Shown here one piece after another: positions 1-8,379 of a stretch of DNA of 64,000 nt (its first letter is position 1; each line of letters opens with the position of its first letter). The stretch covers positions 64,001-128,000 of the forward strand of contig CBEUCH010000009.1 of the NCBI GenBank assembly GCA_965541585.1, read 5' to 3'. This DNA is from an uncultured bacterium (GTDB lineage: Bacteria; Zixibacteria; MSB-5A5; UBA10806). The position numbers and the translations under genes are program-made. Below the pieces are notes generated by a model. That model saw only the letters and a program-made list of their open reading frames with translations. It made no database searches and had not been told where the DNA came from.

Positions 1-1628
1 CCACTGGAGGAATCCGGAAGCCAGTATGATTCCTGATGCAAATCCAGAAAGGGCACAAAGGCGTCCGCCGAATAGAAAAAAGAGTTAAATTCCGGGTAAA
101 ATTTCTCAACTGGGCCTGCTGACTTTTTGATTAAAGTGGTCGCGGTTTTCGTTTCCTGCAACAATCCAAAATGATCCCCTAATCTAAAGAATAACGTCCC
201 CGCTAATATTAAAAGCACCAAAAGCCTCAAAGCCTTATCCACCCGGTAGCCGTAACCGATTGTCCTATCCAAAAACCAGCCCCATGATTTTGCCAGTTTT
301 CCTATATCCCCATACTTCTGCCGCATTCTCTCTTTTTCCAGAAGGACCTTTTTGGCATCTCTATCCCTTCCCATCTCGCGATATACTTTTGCCAGTTGCT
401 GATATGGCTGGGGCAAATATTTCTTCTGCGGCTGACGTTTCAACCATTGGAGTCGCGTCTTAACATCGGTTGGTGTATTATCGGCGAATGAACTGTATTC
501 GAAACCATTGAGTAAGAGATTCCCTTCATCAGGCCAGCTCTTATCATCGTCAACAAAGGCACCAGCTTTTGTATTTAAGAGATCTATCTTACCCTTAACT
601 CTCTTTACTTTATTAAGACATAATCTTCCTTCAACTATTGCCTGCCTCAGTTGTAAAGCTGTTTTTTCTTTGTTTTGGAATGATGCGCCATCGCAGTAAA
701 GATTACCGCCGATATGTGCGCCCTCGAAGCGGAATTCCCCCTTGGATTCAATTCCATTCAGGAAAACGTCGCCTTTATTTGATATTCTGTCGCCATTAAA
801 GGATTCGCCATTTTTGTTCATGAATTTTGCGCCGTGGCATTGAAGATTGCCGCTTATATCTGCCGCGACCAGACGAAAAATCCCCGTGGATTTAAGTCCC
901 TTAAGGAAAACCGTACCTTTCGTTGTGATTGCGTCGCCGTTAAAGGATTCGTCCTTTTTGTTCAAAAATTTCGCGCCGGTGCAATCGAGAATGCCGCCGA
1001 TATTTGCGCCAACCAAGCGGAACACACCATTAGATTCAATTCCATCTAGAGAAACGTTGCCTTTGGTTGCTATTCCATCGCCTGAAAAAGCATCGGCCTT
1101 TTTATTTATAAATGTGGCGCCGTTGCACACAAGATCACGGCCGATATTTGCGCCAACCAGACGGAATTCACCCTCCGATCTCGAGTTATTAAAAAATGCT
1201 GATAGTTCAATAACAAGGCCGTCTGCATGACAATTATTAAAATAGCTGTTAGAGAAATCAATTAATTTTACACGTGCGAATAGGAGATCTACTTCGTCCG
1301 CAAAATGCGAATATTGTATATTGATGGGAGATGGAAAGGTCAGTGAAAAGAGATCCAATCTTCCGTCAATTCTTATGCCAGATATCATAATGCCCTTGTC
1401 GTGAATAAAATCCCGCGCTTTCTTGTCCCTCAACAGCCACTCCAGAAACTTCGCGCGGACATGACGGGATTCCGGCCAATTTTTAGCGTTCGCCGGGTCA
1501 TCAAATTTTTCATCGCCCGATCGCATATCCCCATACTCGCCTTTCGGCGCCTGCTCAAGCATTAGTTTTTCGGCTTCGGTGAGGCTTTTTTTAAACTCTT
1601 TGGGTACGAGACCGATCAACTTCGGCAT
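1..1628 (-). CDS. Beta-helix/pentapeptide-like repeat membrane protein, 3' end runs off the window (not in ORF track)
   Basis: Translated by hand from ATG at 1628 (SD-like AAGGGG upstream): MPKLIGLVPKEF..., open to position 1. Four 48-aa repeats (FRLVGANIGGxLxCxGAxFxNK), then PQPYQQLAKVY, WGWFLDRTIGYGYR, a hydrophobic helix and FYSADAFVPFLDLHQESYW. Confidence 0.85.
   Translation of the reverse strand, partial: MPKLIGLVPKEFKKSLTEAEKLMLEQAPKGEYGDMRSGDEKFDDPANAKNWPESRHVRAKFLEWLLRDKKARDFIHDKGIMISGIRIDGRLDLFSLTFPSPINIQYSHFADEVDLLFARVKLIDFSNSYFNNCHADGLVIELSAFFNNSRSEGEFRLVGANIGRDLVCNGATFINKKADAFSGDGIATKGNVSLDGIESNGVFRLVGANIGGILDCTGAKFLNKKDESFNGDAITTKGTVFLKGLKSTGIFRLVAADISGNLQCHGAKFMNKNGESFNGDRISNKGDVFLNGIESKGEFRFEGAHIGGNLYCDGASFQNKEKTALQLRQAIVEGRLCLNKVKRVKGKIDLLNTKAGAFVDDDKSWPDEGNLLLNGFEYSSFADNTPTDVKTRLQWLKRQPQKKYLPQPYQQLAKVYREMGRDRDAKKVLLEKERMRQKYGDIGKLAKSWGWFLDRTIGYGYRVDKALRLLVLLILAGTLFFRLGDHFGLLQETKTATTLIKKSAGPVEKFYPEFNSFFYSADAFVPFLDLHQESYWLPDSSS
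709..1169 (-). repeat. Four intragenic 144-bp (48-aa) tandem repeats
   Basis: Anchor ccgatatttgcgcc and variants recur at 709, 853, 997 and 1141, an exact 144-bp period. Confidence 0.85.
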
Positions 1629-1865
1629 AAACTGCCCCTTTATGGTTTCCGGTTGGTTGTAACCGTATTTTTGTACTCAAACAACCGCCGTATGCGTGCT
1701 GGGCCAAATATAATAGATAACATTGTTGTTTTTCAAGAATATTCGCACTCAAAATGACCAAATGAATCCCCTTGAATTCTTTTCTAAGAATTTGTATCTT
1801 GCCGCCGCAACGGGATTAGTTTGTCGTAGCGGTTACTTAAAGCGGCTTACTGATATGGAGGAGCA

Positions 1866-2789
1866 ATGGCTTTCAATAAAACAGATAAAATATGGATGAA
1901 CGGTAAACTCATTAACTGGGACGATGCCCGGATTCATGTCCTCTCGCACGTGCTTCATTACGGCTCGGGGATATTCGAGGGGGCCCGATGCTACAAGACG
2001 CCCAAAGGACCGGCTATCTTTCGTCTAAAGGACCATACAGACCGGCTATTTGATTCCTGCAAGATCTACAGGATGAAGATTCCATTCACCAAGCAGGAGA
2101 TAAACGAAGCGATAATAAATTTGATAAAAATAAATAAACTGGATGCCTGCTATATCCGTCCGCTGGTATATCGCGGCTACAGTCATCTGGGTGTCGATCC
2201 CACCGGGGTACCTATCGATGTCGCCCTCGCCGTCTGGCCCTGGGGGGAATATCTCGGCCCGGAGGCTATAGAAAGCGGTGTAGATGTCGGGGTGTCGTCC
2301 TGGCGGCGCAACGCTCCCGGCACCATGCCTGATATGGCCAAGTCATCGGCAAACTACATGAACAGCCAGCTCATCCGCCTGGAGGCCCATGCACACGGTT
2401 ATATCGAGGGGATTGCGCTCGACTACTTCGGGTTTGTCTCCGAGGGCTCCGGCGAAAACATCTTCATCGTCCGCGACGGCACGCTTATCACCCCACCTTT
2501 CGGATCATCGATCCTACCGGGCATAACCAGAAACACAGTCATCCTGCTGGCCGTGGATCTGGGTATAAAGGTGATCGAGGAGCAGATACCTCGCGAGGCG
2601 CTCTATATCGCCGACGAAGTTTTCTTCACCGGATCAGCGGCAGAAATTACCCCCATCCGCAAAATCGACGGTATCCAGATCGGCGAGGGGAAACGCGGGC
2701 CGCTTACCGAAAAACTGCAGAAAGAGTTTTATTCCATTTTCGAGGATAGCAAATACGATAAATTTAAATGGCTGACTTACGTAAAATGA
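1866..2789 (+). CDS. ilvE: Branched-chain amino acid aminotransferase
   Basis: HVLHYGSGIFEG, YIRPL, SEGSGENIF and ILPGITR motifs of class IV PLP aminotransferases; SD GGAGGAG. Confidence 0.96.
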   Translation: MAFNKTDKIWMNGKLINWDDARIHVLSHVLHYGSGIFEGARCYKTPKGPAIFRLKDHTDRLFDSCKIYRMKIPFTKQEINEAIINLIKINKLDACYIRPLVYRGYSHLGVDPTGVPIDVALAVWPWGEYLGPEAIESGVDVGVSSWRRNAPGTMPDMAKSSANYMNSQLIRLEAHAHGYIEGIALDYFGFVSEGSGENIFIVRDGTLITPPFGSSILPGITRNTVILLAVDLGIKVIEEQIPREALYIADEVFFTGSAAEITPIRKIDGIQIGEGKRGPLTEKLQKEFYSIFEDSKYDKFKWLTYVK

Positions 2790-3229
2790 AAATCGCCCTG
2801 GGCGCCGACCACAGGGGATTCGACTATAAAGACAAAATCAAGTCGCATCTCCTCGATAACGGTATCGAGGTGACCGACTTCGGCGCCTTCTCTGAGGAAA
2901 GCACCGATTATCCCGACTATGGATTGAAAGCCAGCGAAGAGGTATCTTCCGGAAATGCTGATTTCGGCATATTGGTCTGCTGGACCGGCAACGGCATGGC
3001 TATTACTGCCAACAAGGTCAAGGGGGTTCGGGCGGGCCTGGCCTTAAATGTCGAGATGGCCGAGCTTACCCGGTCGCATAACGATGCCAACGTGCTGGTG
3101 GTGTCCGGCAAATACACGCCTGCCGAGTTATTAGACGAGATCGTCGATAAATTCCTGGCCACCAAATTCGATGGCGGCCGGCATAAAAGGCGGGTTGATA
3201 AAATCACCAAACACGAGGATCGGAATTGA
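2786..3229 (+). CDS. rpiB: Ribose-5-phosphate isomerase B
   Basis: [38 protein letters not shown]; start at ATGA overlap with the ilvE stop. Confidence 0.95.
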   Translation: MKIALGADHRGFDYKDKIKSHLLDNGIEVTDFGAFSEESTDYPDYGLKASEEVSSGNADFGILVCWTGNGMAITANKVKGVRAGLALNVEMAELTRSHNDANVLVVSGKYTPAELLDEIVDKFLATKFDGGRHKRRVDKITKHEDRN

Positions 3230-4476
3230 TGTATGAGGAGCTGAAAGAAGCTGATCCGGAAATCTACCAGGCCATACAAAACGAAATAAATCGTCAGCAT
3301 GACGGCCTCGAGTTGATAGCCTCGGAAAACTTCGTATCGCTTCCCGTGCTTGAAGCCGCGGGATCGGTGATGACCAACAAATACGCCGAGGGTTACCCCG
3401 CCAAACGCTATTACGGCGGCTGCACCTTCGTGGATCAGGCCGAAGATCTCGCCCGCGACAGGGCGAAGGAGCTTTTCGGCTGCGAGCATGTCAATGTCCA
3501 GCCGCATTCCGGCTCGCAGGCCAACATGGCGGTCTATTTCACGGTTCTGAAACCGGGCGATACGATCATGGGGCTCAACCTCTCCCATGGCGGGCATCTG
3601 ACTCATGGCCACCCTATAAATTTTTCCGGGAAGCTTTATCATGTCGAACCCTATTCGGTCAGCAAGGAGACCGAAACCATCGATTATGACGAGCTGATGA
3701 AACGCGCCAGGGAGGTCAAACCGAAACTTATCATGGCCGGCGCGTCAGCCTATCCTCGTATACTGGATTTTGAAGCCTTCAGGAAGGTCTGCGATGAAGT
3801 CGACGCATGTCTTGTCGTGGATATCGCCCATATCGCCGGACTGGTGGCGACCGGTTTGCATCCATCGCCGATTCCTTATGCTGATTTCGTCACCAGCACC
3901 ACCCACAAAACGCTTCGCGGACCGAGGGGTGGCCTTATCATGTGCAAGGAGAAATACGCCAAAGACCTCGATCGCGAAGTCATGCCCGGCATCCAGGGCG
4001 GGCCGCTGATGCATGTGATTGCCGCCAAGGCCGTGGCTTTCAAAGAAGCACTGAAGCCTGAATTCAAAGATTACCAGAAACGGATTATCGATAACGCCAA
4101 AACGCTGGCGCAAACGCTTGCCGATGAGGGCTTTCATGTAGTTTCCGGCGGGACGGATACACACCTCATGCTGATATCATTCATCGGGCAGGGGATGACC
4201 GGCAAGCAGGTGGAAAAAGCGCTTGAGAAAGCTGCTATCACGGTCAATAAAAATACAGTGCCGTTCGATCCGGAAAAGCCGTTCGTGACTTCCGGCATCA
4301 GGATCGGCACGCCTGCCGTAACCACCCGCGGCATGGGCGCCGATGAAATGATGCAGATTGGCAGGATGATCTCCCGCGTCATCAAGAACCGGAAGGACGA
4401 GGATCTGATCGCCGAAGTCCGCAAAGAGGTCTCCGCCATCTGTGAGAGATTTCCGCTTTATAGGGATTTACAGTAG
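3229..4476 (+). CDS. glyA: Serine hydroxymethyltransferase
   Basis: [36 protein letters not shown] motifs. Confidence 0.98.
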   Translation: MYEELKEADPEIYQAIQNEINRQHDGLELIASENFVSLPVLEAAGSVMTNKYAEGYPAKRYYGGCTFVDQAEDLARDRAKELFGCEHVNVQPHSGSQANMAVYFTVLKPGDTIMGLNLSHGGHLTHGHPINFSGKLYHVEPYSVSKETETIDYDELMKRAREVKPKLIMAGASAYPRILDFEAFRKVCDEVDACLVVDIAHIAGLVATGLHPSPIPYADFVTSTTHKTLRGPRGGLIMCKEKYAKDLDREVMPGIQGGPLMHVIAAKAVAFKEALKPEFKDYQKRIIDNAKTLAQTLADEGFHVVSGGTDTHLMLISFIGQGMTGKQVEKALEKAAITVNKNTVPFDPEKPFVTSGIRIGTPAVTTRGMGADEMMQIGRMISRVIKNRKDEDLIAEVRKEVSAICERFPLYRDLQ

Positions 4477-4503
4477 CCTAAAAATATCGTTACGTGATGT
4501 CGG

Positions 4504-4612
4504 TCCTACGGATCCGTAGGAAAGTTACTTCCAACACCTGGCGTTTAATCGTCAGAAGTAACTTCTGACGCCACATGTTATTGTAGAGGTCGGACATGGT
4601 TCGACCTTTTTT
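4504..4612. repeat. Cluster of three palindromes (REP-like); the last doubles as the glyA terminator
   Basis: Perfect 18-bp palindrome TCCTACGGATCCGTAGGA (4504-4521); CGTCAGAAGT-A-ACTTCTGACG (4550-4570); AGGTCGGAC-ATG-GTTCGACCT followed by a T-run (4587-4612). Confidence 0.7.
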
Positions 4613-4697
4613 GTTTCGTATGTGCAGACAGTTTTCTCATTCCCATTGCACCGGCTCCCTGCATTTATTATTATTCTGAATAGAAAGGAGTATCCAG

Positions 4698-5003
4698 ATG
4701 CTGGCAATATTCTCGACGTTTCCAACGGGCAAGAGCGAATCTTTGGGAAAAGACGTGGCGGAGGTTATCAAACTGATAGATGAATCCGGTCTCGATTACC
4801 AGACCACCGCCATGGGCACCATTGTAGAGGGTGAATGGGACGAGGTCATGGGGCTTATCAAGAGCTGCCACCACAAGCTTCGCGAGAATTCCAGACGGGT
4901 TTACACTAAGATCAACATCGACGATAGGCAAGGCGCTACCGACCGCCTGAAGGGCAAGGTCGCCGATGTCGAGAAAATCCTGGGCCGCGAGGTAAGGAAA
5001 TGA
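4698..5003 (+). CDS. MTH1187/YkoF-family thiamine-binding-like protein
   Basis: SGLDYQTTAMGTIVEGEWDEV...RVYTKINIDDR pattern; SD AAGGAG. Confidence 0.9.
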   Translation: MLAIFSTFPTGKSESLGKDVAEVIKLIDESGLDYQTTAMGTIVEGEWDEVMGLIKSCHHKLRENSRRVYTKINIDDRQGATDRLKGKVADVEKILGREVRK

Positions 5004-5035
5004 AAAAACACGGCGTTATCCATCTGACCTGCATG

Positions 5036-5118
5036 GGGTGGCATGCTTTATCCGAAGGATTAAGCATGCGCCGGCCTTTTACCATAACATGCTCAGGCTT
5101 CGCCAGAGCATGCCACCC
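5036..5118. repeat. Inverted doublet of REP-like hairpins
   Basis: GGGTGGCATGCTTTATCCGAAGGATTAAGCATG (5036-5068, +) and GGGTGGCATGCTCTGGCGAAGCCTGAGCATG (5088-5118, -) share a GGGTGG foot, CATGCT/AGCATG stem and CGAAG loop. Confidence 0.7.
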
Positions 5119-5151
5119 GACCGAGTACTTTATGATAAACGAGGTGAGGAA

Positions 5152-5499
5152 ATAGAGAAACTTATCGTCATTTACGTAACCTGCGGATCGGATGAGGAGG
5201 CGGAAAAGCTTTCCGATGGCCTTTTGAGCAATCGTCTCGCCGCCTGTGTCAATATTGCGGATGTCAAATCGGTCTTTGAGTGGAAAGGCAAGATTGAAAA
5301 AGAAAACGAACGCCTGCTTATCATTAAATCTATACGCTCGAATTTTGATAAGATCGAAAAATATGTAAGGGCTAACCACTCATACGAGTGCCCGGAGATA
5401 ATAGCAATGGACATCACAGCCGCATCGGAGAAATACGCCTCCTGGGTAAGATCGGCCTGCCGGCCAGGAGAGAATATCGAGGATAGCAAGGAAGGATAA
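5152..5499 (+). CDS. cutA: Divalent-cation tolerance protein CutA (start uncertain, possibly ATA)
   Basis: VIYVTC, RLAACVN, SVFEWKGKIE, HSYECPEII motifs; homology begins near 5152, just after SD GAGGTG. Confidence 0.9.
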   Translation: MEKLIVIYVTCGSDEEAEKLSDGLLSNRLAACVNIADVKSVFEWKGKIEKENERLLIIKSIRSNFDKIEKYVRANHSYECPEIIAMDITAASEKYASWVRSACRPGENIEDSKEG

Positions 5500-5919
5500 G
5501 TGGAAAGCAAAAAAACTTCTGATGGATATCTTGTCAGATGCGATATAGGTGATGAGGTTATGTCGACCTTAACCAGCTTCGCAGCTGAAAATAAAATATC
5601 GTCGGGCACGGTCATCGGTATCGGCGCCCTCAAGGATATCGTCCTGGGATATTTCGACCTGGCCAAAAAAGAGTATCTGCGAAAAGAGTTTAACGGTATC
5701 TACGAGTTGTTGAGCCTTTCCGGAAATTTCGCGAAATTAAATTCGGAGACCATGCTTCATTGCCATGCCGTAATCTCGGATGCCGATTACTCGGTAACCG
5801 GCGGCCACCTGTTCAGCGGCGTGATAGCCATAACGGGCGAGTTCTATATCAGGCCTGCAGATACTGAGATCAACCGTGAACTCGATAAATTCACCGGCTT
5901 GAATCTAATAAAACTCTAA
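5500..5919 (+). CDS. PPC/DUF296 domain putative DNA-binding protein
   Basis: GIGAL, ELLSLSGN, HCHAVISD, GGHL motifs; GTG start after SD GGAAGG. Confidence 0.9.
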   Translation: MESKKTSDGYLVRCDIGDEVMSTLTSFAAENKISSGTVIGIGALKDIVLGYFDLAKKEYLRKEFNGIYELLSLSGNFAKLNSETMLHCHAVISDADYSVTGGHLFSGVIAITGEFYIRPADTEINRELDKFTGLNLIKL

Positions 5920-6680
5920 TGGGAATTATCACCATCGCCACCGATTTCGGCCATTTCGATGGCTATACGGCCGCCATAAAAGGAGTCATCAAAACCATCG
6001 CTCCGGAAGCCGAAATAGTCGACGTTACCGATGATCTTGCGGGAATCCTGAAAGCTTCCCTGGTGCTCATGAGATATTATCCATATTATCCGGCTGGGAC
6101 GGTTCATCTCGTGATCGTCGATCCGACCGTCGGGTCCGAAAGAAAAGCGCTTATCGGGCAGTCTGAAAATCAATATTTTGTCGGGCCGGATAACGGCCTT
6201 TTCAGCAGGGTGATCGCAGGAAATCCTGATTCTAAATGGTGGTCTGTGGATATTTCGTCTCTGCCACGTCCGGCAACGTCCACTACTTTTCATGGACGAG
6301 ACATATTCGCCCCCGCAGCCGCCCTGCTTTCAATAAACCGGGATCCGGATACTATTGGGGAAAAAACTAAACGACCACTTATGCTTGAAATTCCGCAGCC
6401 GGTGGATCGCCATAATGTTATCGAAGGTGAAATAATCGATATTGACAATTTCGGAAATCTTGTTACAAATATAAGTTCGGATATGTTTCAGCAAAGAATG
6501 AAGATTACTCTGGCTGACAGGGAGCCGATTCCATTTGTAAGGACATTTTTCGATGTTCCGCCGCAGAGTCCCCTGGCGTATATTGGAAGCCTTGGATATC
6601 TTGAAATCGCAGTCAACCTCGGCCGTGCCGATAGCTACTTCGATATCGGTATCGGCGGGAAAGTCACGGTGACCGGTTGA
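5919..6680 (+). CDS. SAM hydroxide adenosyltransferase (DUF62 / chlorinase-fluorinase family)
   Basis: ITIATDFG, VIVDPTVGSER, GPDNG, STTFHGRDIFAP, DNFGN, LEIAVN motifs. Confidence 0.92.
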   Translation: MGIITIATDFGHFDGYTAAIKGVIKTIAPEAEIVDVTDDLAGILKASLVLMRYYPYYPAGTVHLVIVDPTVGSERKALIGQSENQYFVGPDNGLFSRVIAGNPDSKWWSVDISSLPRPATSTTFHGRDIFAPAAALLSINRDPDTIGEKTKRPLMLEIPQPVDRHNVIEGEIIDIDNFGNLVTNISSDMFQQRMKITLADREPIPFVRTFFDVPPQSPLAYIGSLGYLEIAVNLGRADSYFDIGIGGKVTVTG

Positions 6681-7450
6681 TCTGCCCCGCCTGCAAAACC
6701 GACGGCGATAAAGTGATCGATTCGAGGCCCGCTGGTGACGGCCGTGCCATAAGGAGGCGACGTGAATGCCTCTCCTGCGGTAACAGGTTTACGACCTACG
6801 AACAGGTGGAAACTCCCGGCCCAGCTGTTGTCAAATCCGATGGCAGACGAGAATCTTTCGATGGCGACAAAATTACAGCCGGCTTAAAATTGGCTCTGAA
6901 GAAAAGGCCGGTATCCAATGAGAGACTCGGAGCCGTAGTATCCGATATCGCAACCCGCATTAAAAATGATTTTCCCGTGGAGATCACAAGCGCTCAAATA
7001 GCCGAGTTTGTATTAAATGAGCTTTTGAAGCTGGACGAGGTCGCCTATGTTCGTTACGCATCCGTGCATAAGCTCTATTTCGATAAAGACGAGTTTATTA
7101 TGTCATTGAAAGCTCTCCCTAATTCCCTGCAGGTTATCAAGTCCAGCGGACGATACGAGCCGTTCAAAAGAGAGAAGCTGTTTTTATCCATTAAGATCGC
7201 TCTGCGTAAGAGGCCCGTTTCCCGTAAGAGAATTGAGAAAGCTGCAGATGAAATCATCAATTCTCTCGGAAACAGAGCTGAGGTATCGTCATCGGAACTT
7301 GGCACGCTGGTAATGAAGCAGCTCCGCGAAATCGATGAGGTGGCCTACATCCGATTTGCCTCGGTTTACCGCAAATTTCAGGACGTGGCCGAATTTACCA
7401 GGGAGGTTGAAATCCTTTCCGAGGAAGAGAAAATTGACGGACAAAAATAA
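6677..7450 (+). CDS. nrdR: Transcriptional repressor NrdR with duplicated ATP-cone
   Basis: CPAC...VIDSR...IRRRRECLSCGNRFTTYE zinc ribbon, then two copies of VxKSxGRxExF...KRPVS...DEVAYxRxASV. Confidence 0.93.
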   Translation: MICPACKTDGDKVIDSRPAGDGRAIRRRRECLSCGNRFTTYEQVETPGPAVVKSDGRRESFDGDKITAGLKLALKKRPVSNERLGAVVSDIATRIKNDFPVEITSAQIAEFVLNELLKLDEVAYVRYASVHKLYFDKDEFIMSLKALPNSLQVIKSSGRYEPFKREKLFLSIKIALRKRPVSRKRIEKAADEIINSLGNRAEVSSSELGTLVMKQLREIDEVAYIRFASVYRKFQDVAEFTREVEILSEEEKIDGQK

Positions 7451-8186
7451 AGGCGAAATGCCGTTTCTGGACCATCTGGAGGAATTTCGGTGGCGAATCA
7501 TAAAAATCCTTATCGCTTTGATGATTGCCTCGATCGGATCATATGTGGTCTCCGACTATCTCTTTTTGTGGCTTCGCATGCCTCTCGAGAGGGCGGTTCC
7601 CGACGGTAGCGTCGATCTGAATTTTCTGAAAGTAGGGGAGGGCTTTACGGTCAGGATAAAACTCTCCATCCTGGCGGGGATCTTCATATCCATACCCATA
7701 ACGATCTATCAGATCTGGCGCTTTGTGATGCCCGGCCTTTATGATAAGGAGAGAAAAATCGTGATTCCTCTGGTGGCGTCATCGTCGTTTCTGTTTTTGC
7801 TGGGAGCAGCCATATGTTTCATCTGGGTCCTGCCGTTTACGATTAAATTTCTTCTGGAGATAGCGCCGCAGGATGTGAAGCCTGTATTGACGATTAACGA
7901 ATATCTCAATTTCATCATGTGGACGACCCTGGCGTACGGCGTGGTTTTTCAACTGCCCATTGTAGCCCTGTTTCTGGGTAAATTGGGGCTTATAAATGCC
8001 AGGCTTTTGGGGAAGGGAAGAAGATACGCTGTCGTCGGGATTGCCGCCTTAGCGGCCATCGTAACTCCTCCGGACATTTTTTCCATGGCCATGATGGGAT
8101 TACCGCTATATATGCTATACGAGCTCTCTATCTTGATCCTGATAATCATCGGAAAAAGCGGTAAAAAAACCGAGATGGCCGGGTAA
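7434..8186 (+). CDS. tatC: Twin-arginine translocase subunit TatC
   Basis: EMPFLDHLEEFRWR, YQIWRFVMPGLY, FQLP, TPPD, LYELS; likely TTG start at 7434 (or ATG 7458). Confidence 0.95.
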   Translation: MTDKNKGEMPFLDHLEEFRWRIIKILIALMIASIGSYVVSDYLFLWLRMPLERAVPDGSVDLNFLKVGEGFTVRIKLSILAGIFISIPITIYQIWRFVMPGLYDKERKIVIPLVASSSFLFLLGAAICFIWVLPFTIKFLLEIAPQDVKPVLTINEYLNFIMWTTLAYGVVFQLPIVALFLGKLGLINARLLGKGRRYAVVGIAALAAIVTPPDIFSMAMMGLPLYMLYELSILILIIIGKSGKKTEMAG

Positions 8187-8379
8187 TTGAATATAGCATA
8201 TAAAGTTACAAAATTGTTCAGATTTTGGGTATTGACAAAATCCATTTATGATATATCTTTTTACCGACGGGTTATGATGCCCGCTACAATCTTTAGAGCC
8301 TCTTTTGTGCCTTCATACGACGGATGGGGAACTCCGTCGAAGCGGAACAGGTTAACTTTATATGGGACAGGGGGTTTTC

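Noticed and set aside
260..1230. Plus-strand ORFs 260-463, 508-699, 834-1049 and 847-1230
   Set aside because: Antisense shadows of the long minus-strand repeat gene.
4504..5118. Palindrome clusters as a CRISPR array
   Set aside because: Units differ from each other, show no regular repeat-spacer period, and no cas genes are present.
5038..5151. N-terminal 38 aa of the CutA ORF in the track
   Set aside because: Translates through REP-like hairpins, has no SD and no CutA similarity.
5919..6680. Calling the DUF62 gene a fluorinase or chlorinase
   Set aside because: It has the FHGRD motif of the widespread SAM hydrolase type and sits in a housekeeping context.
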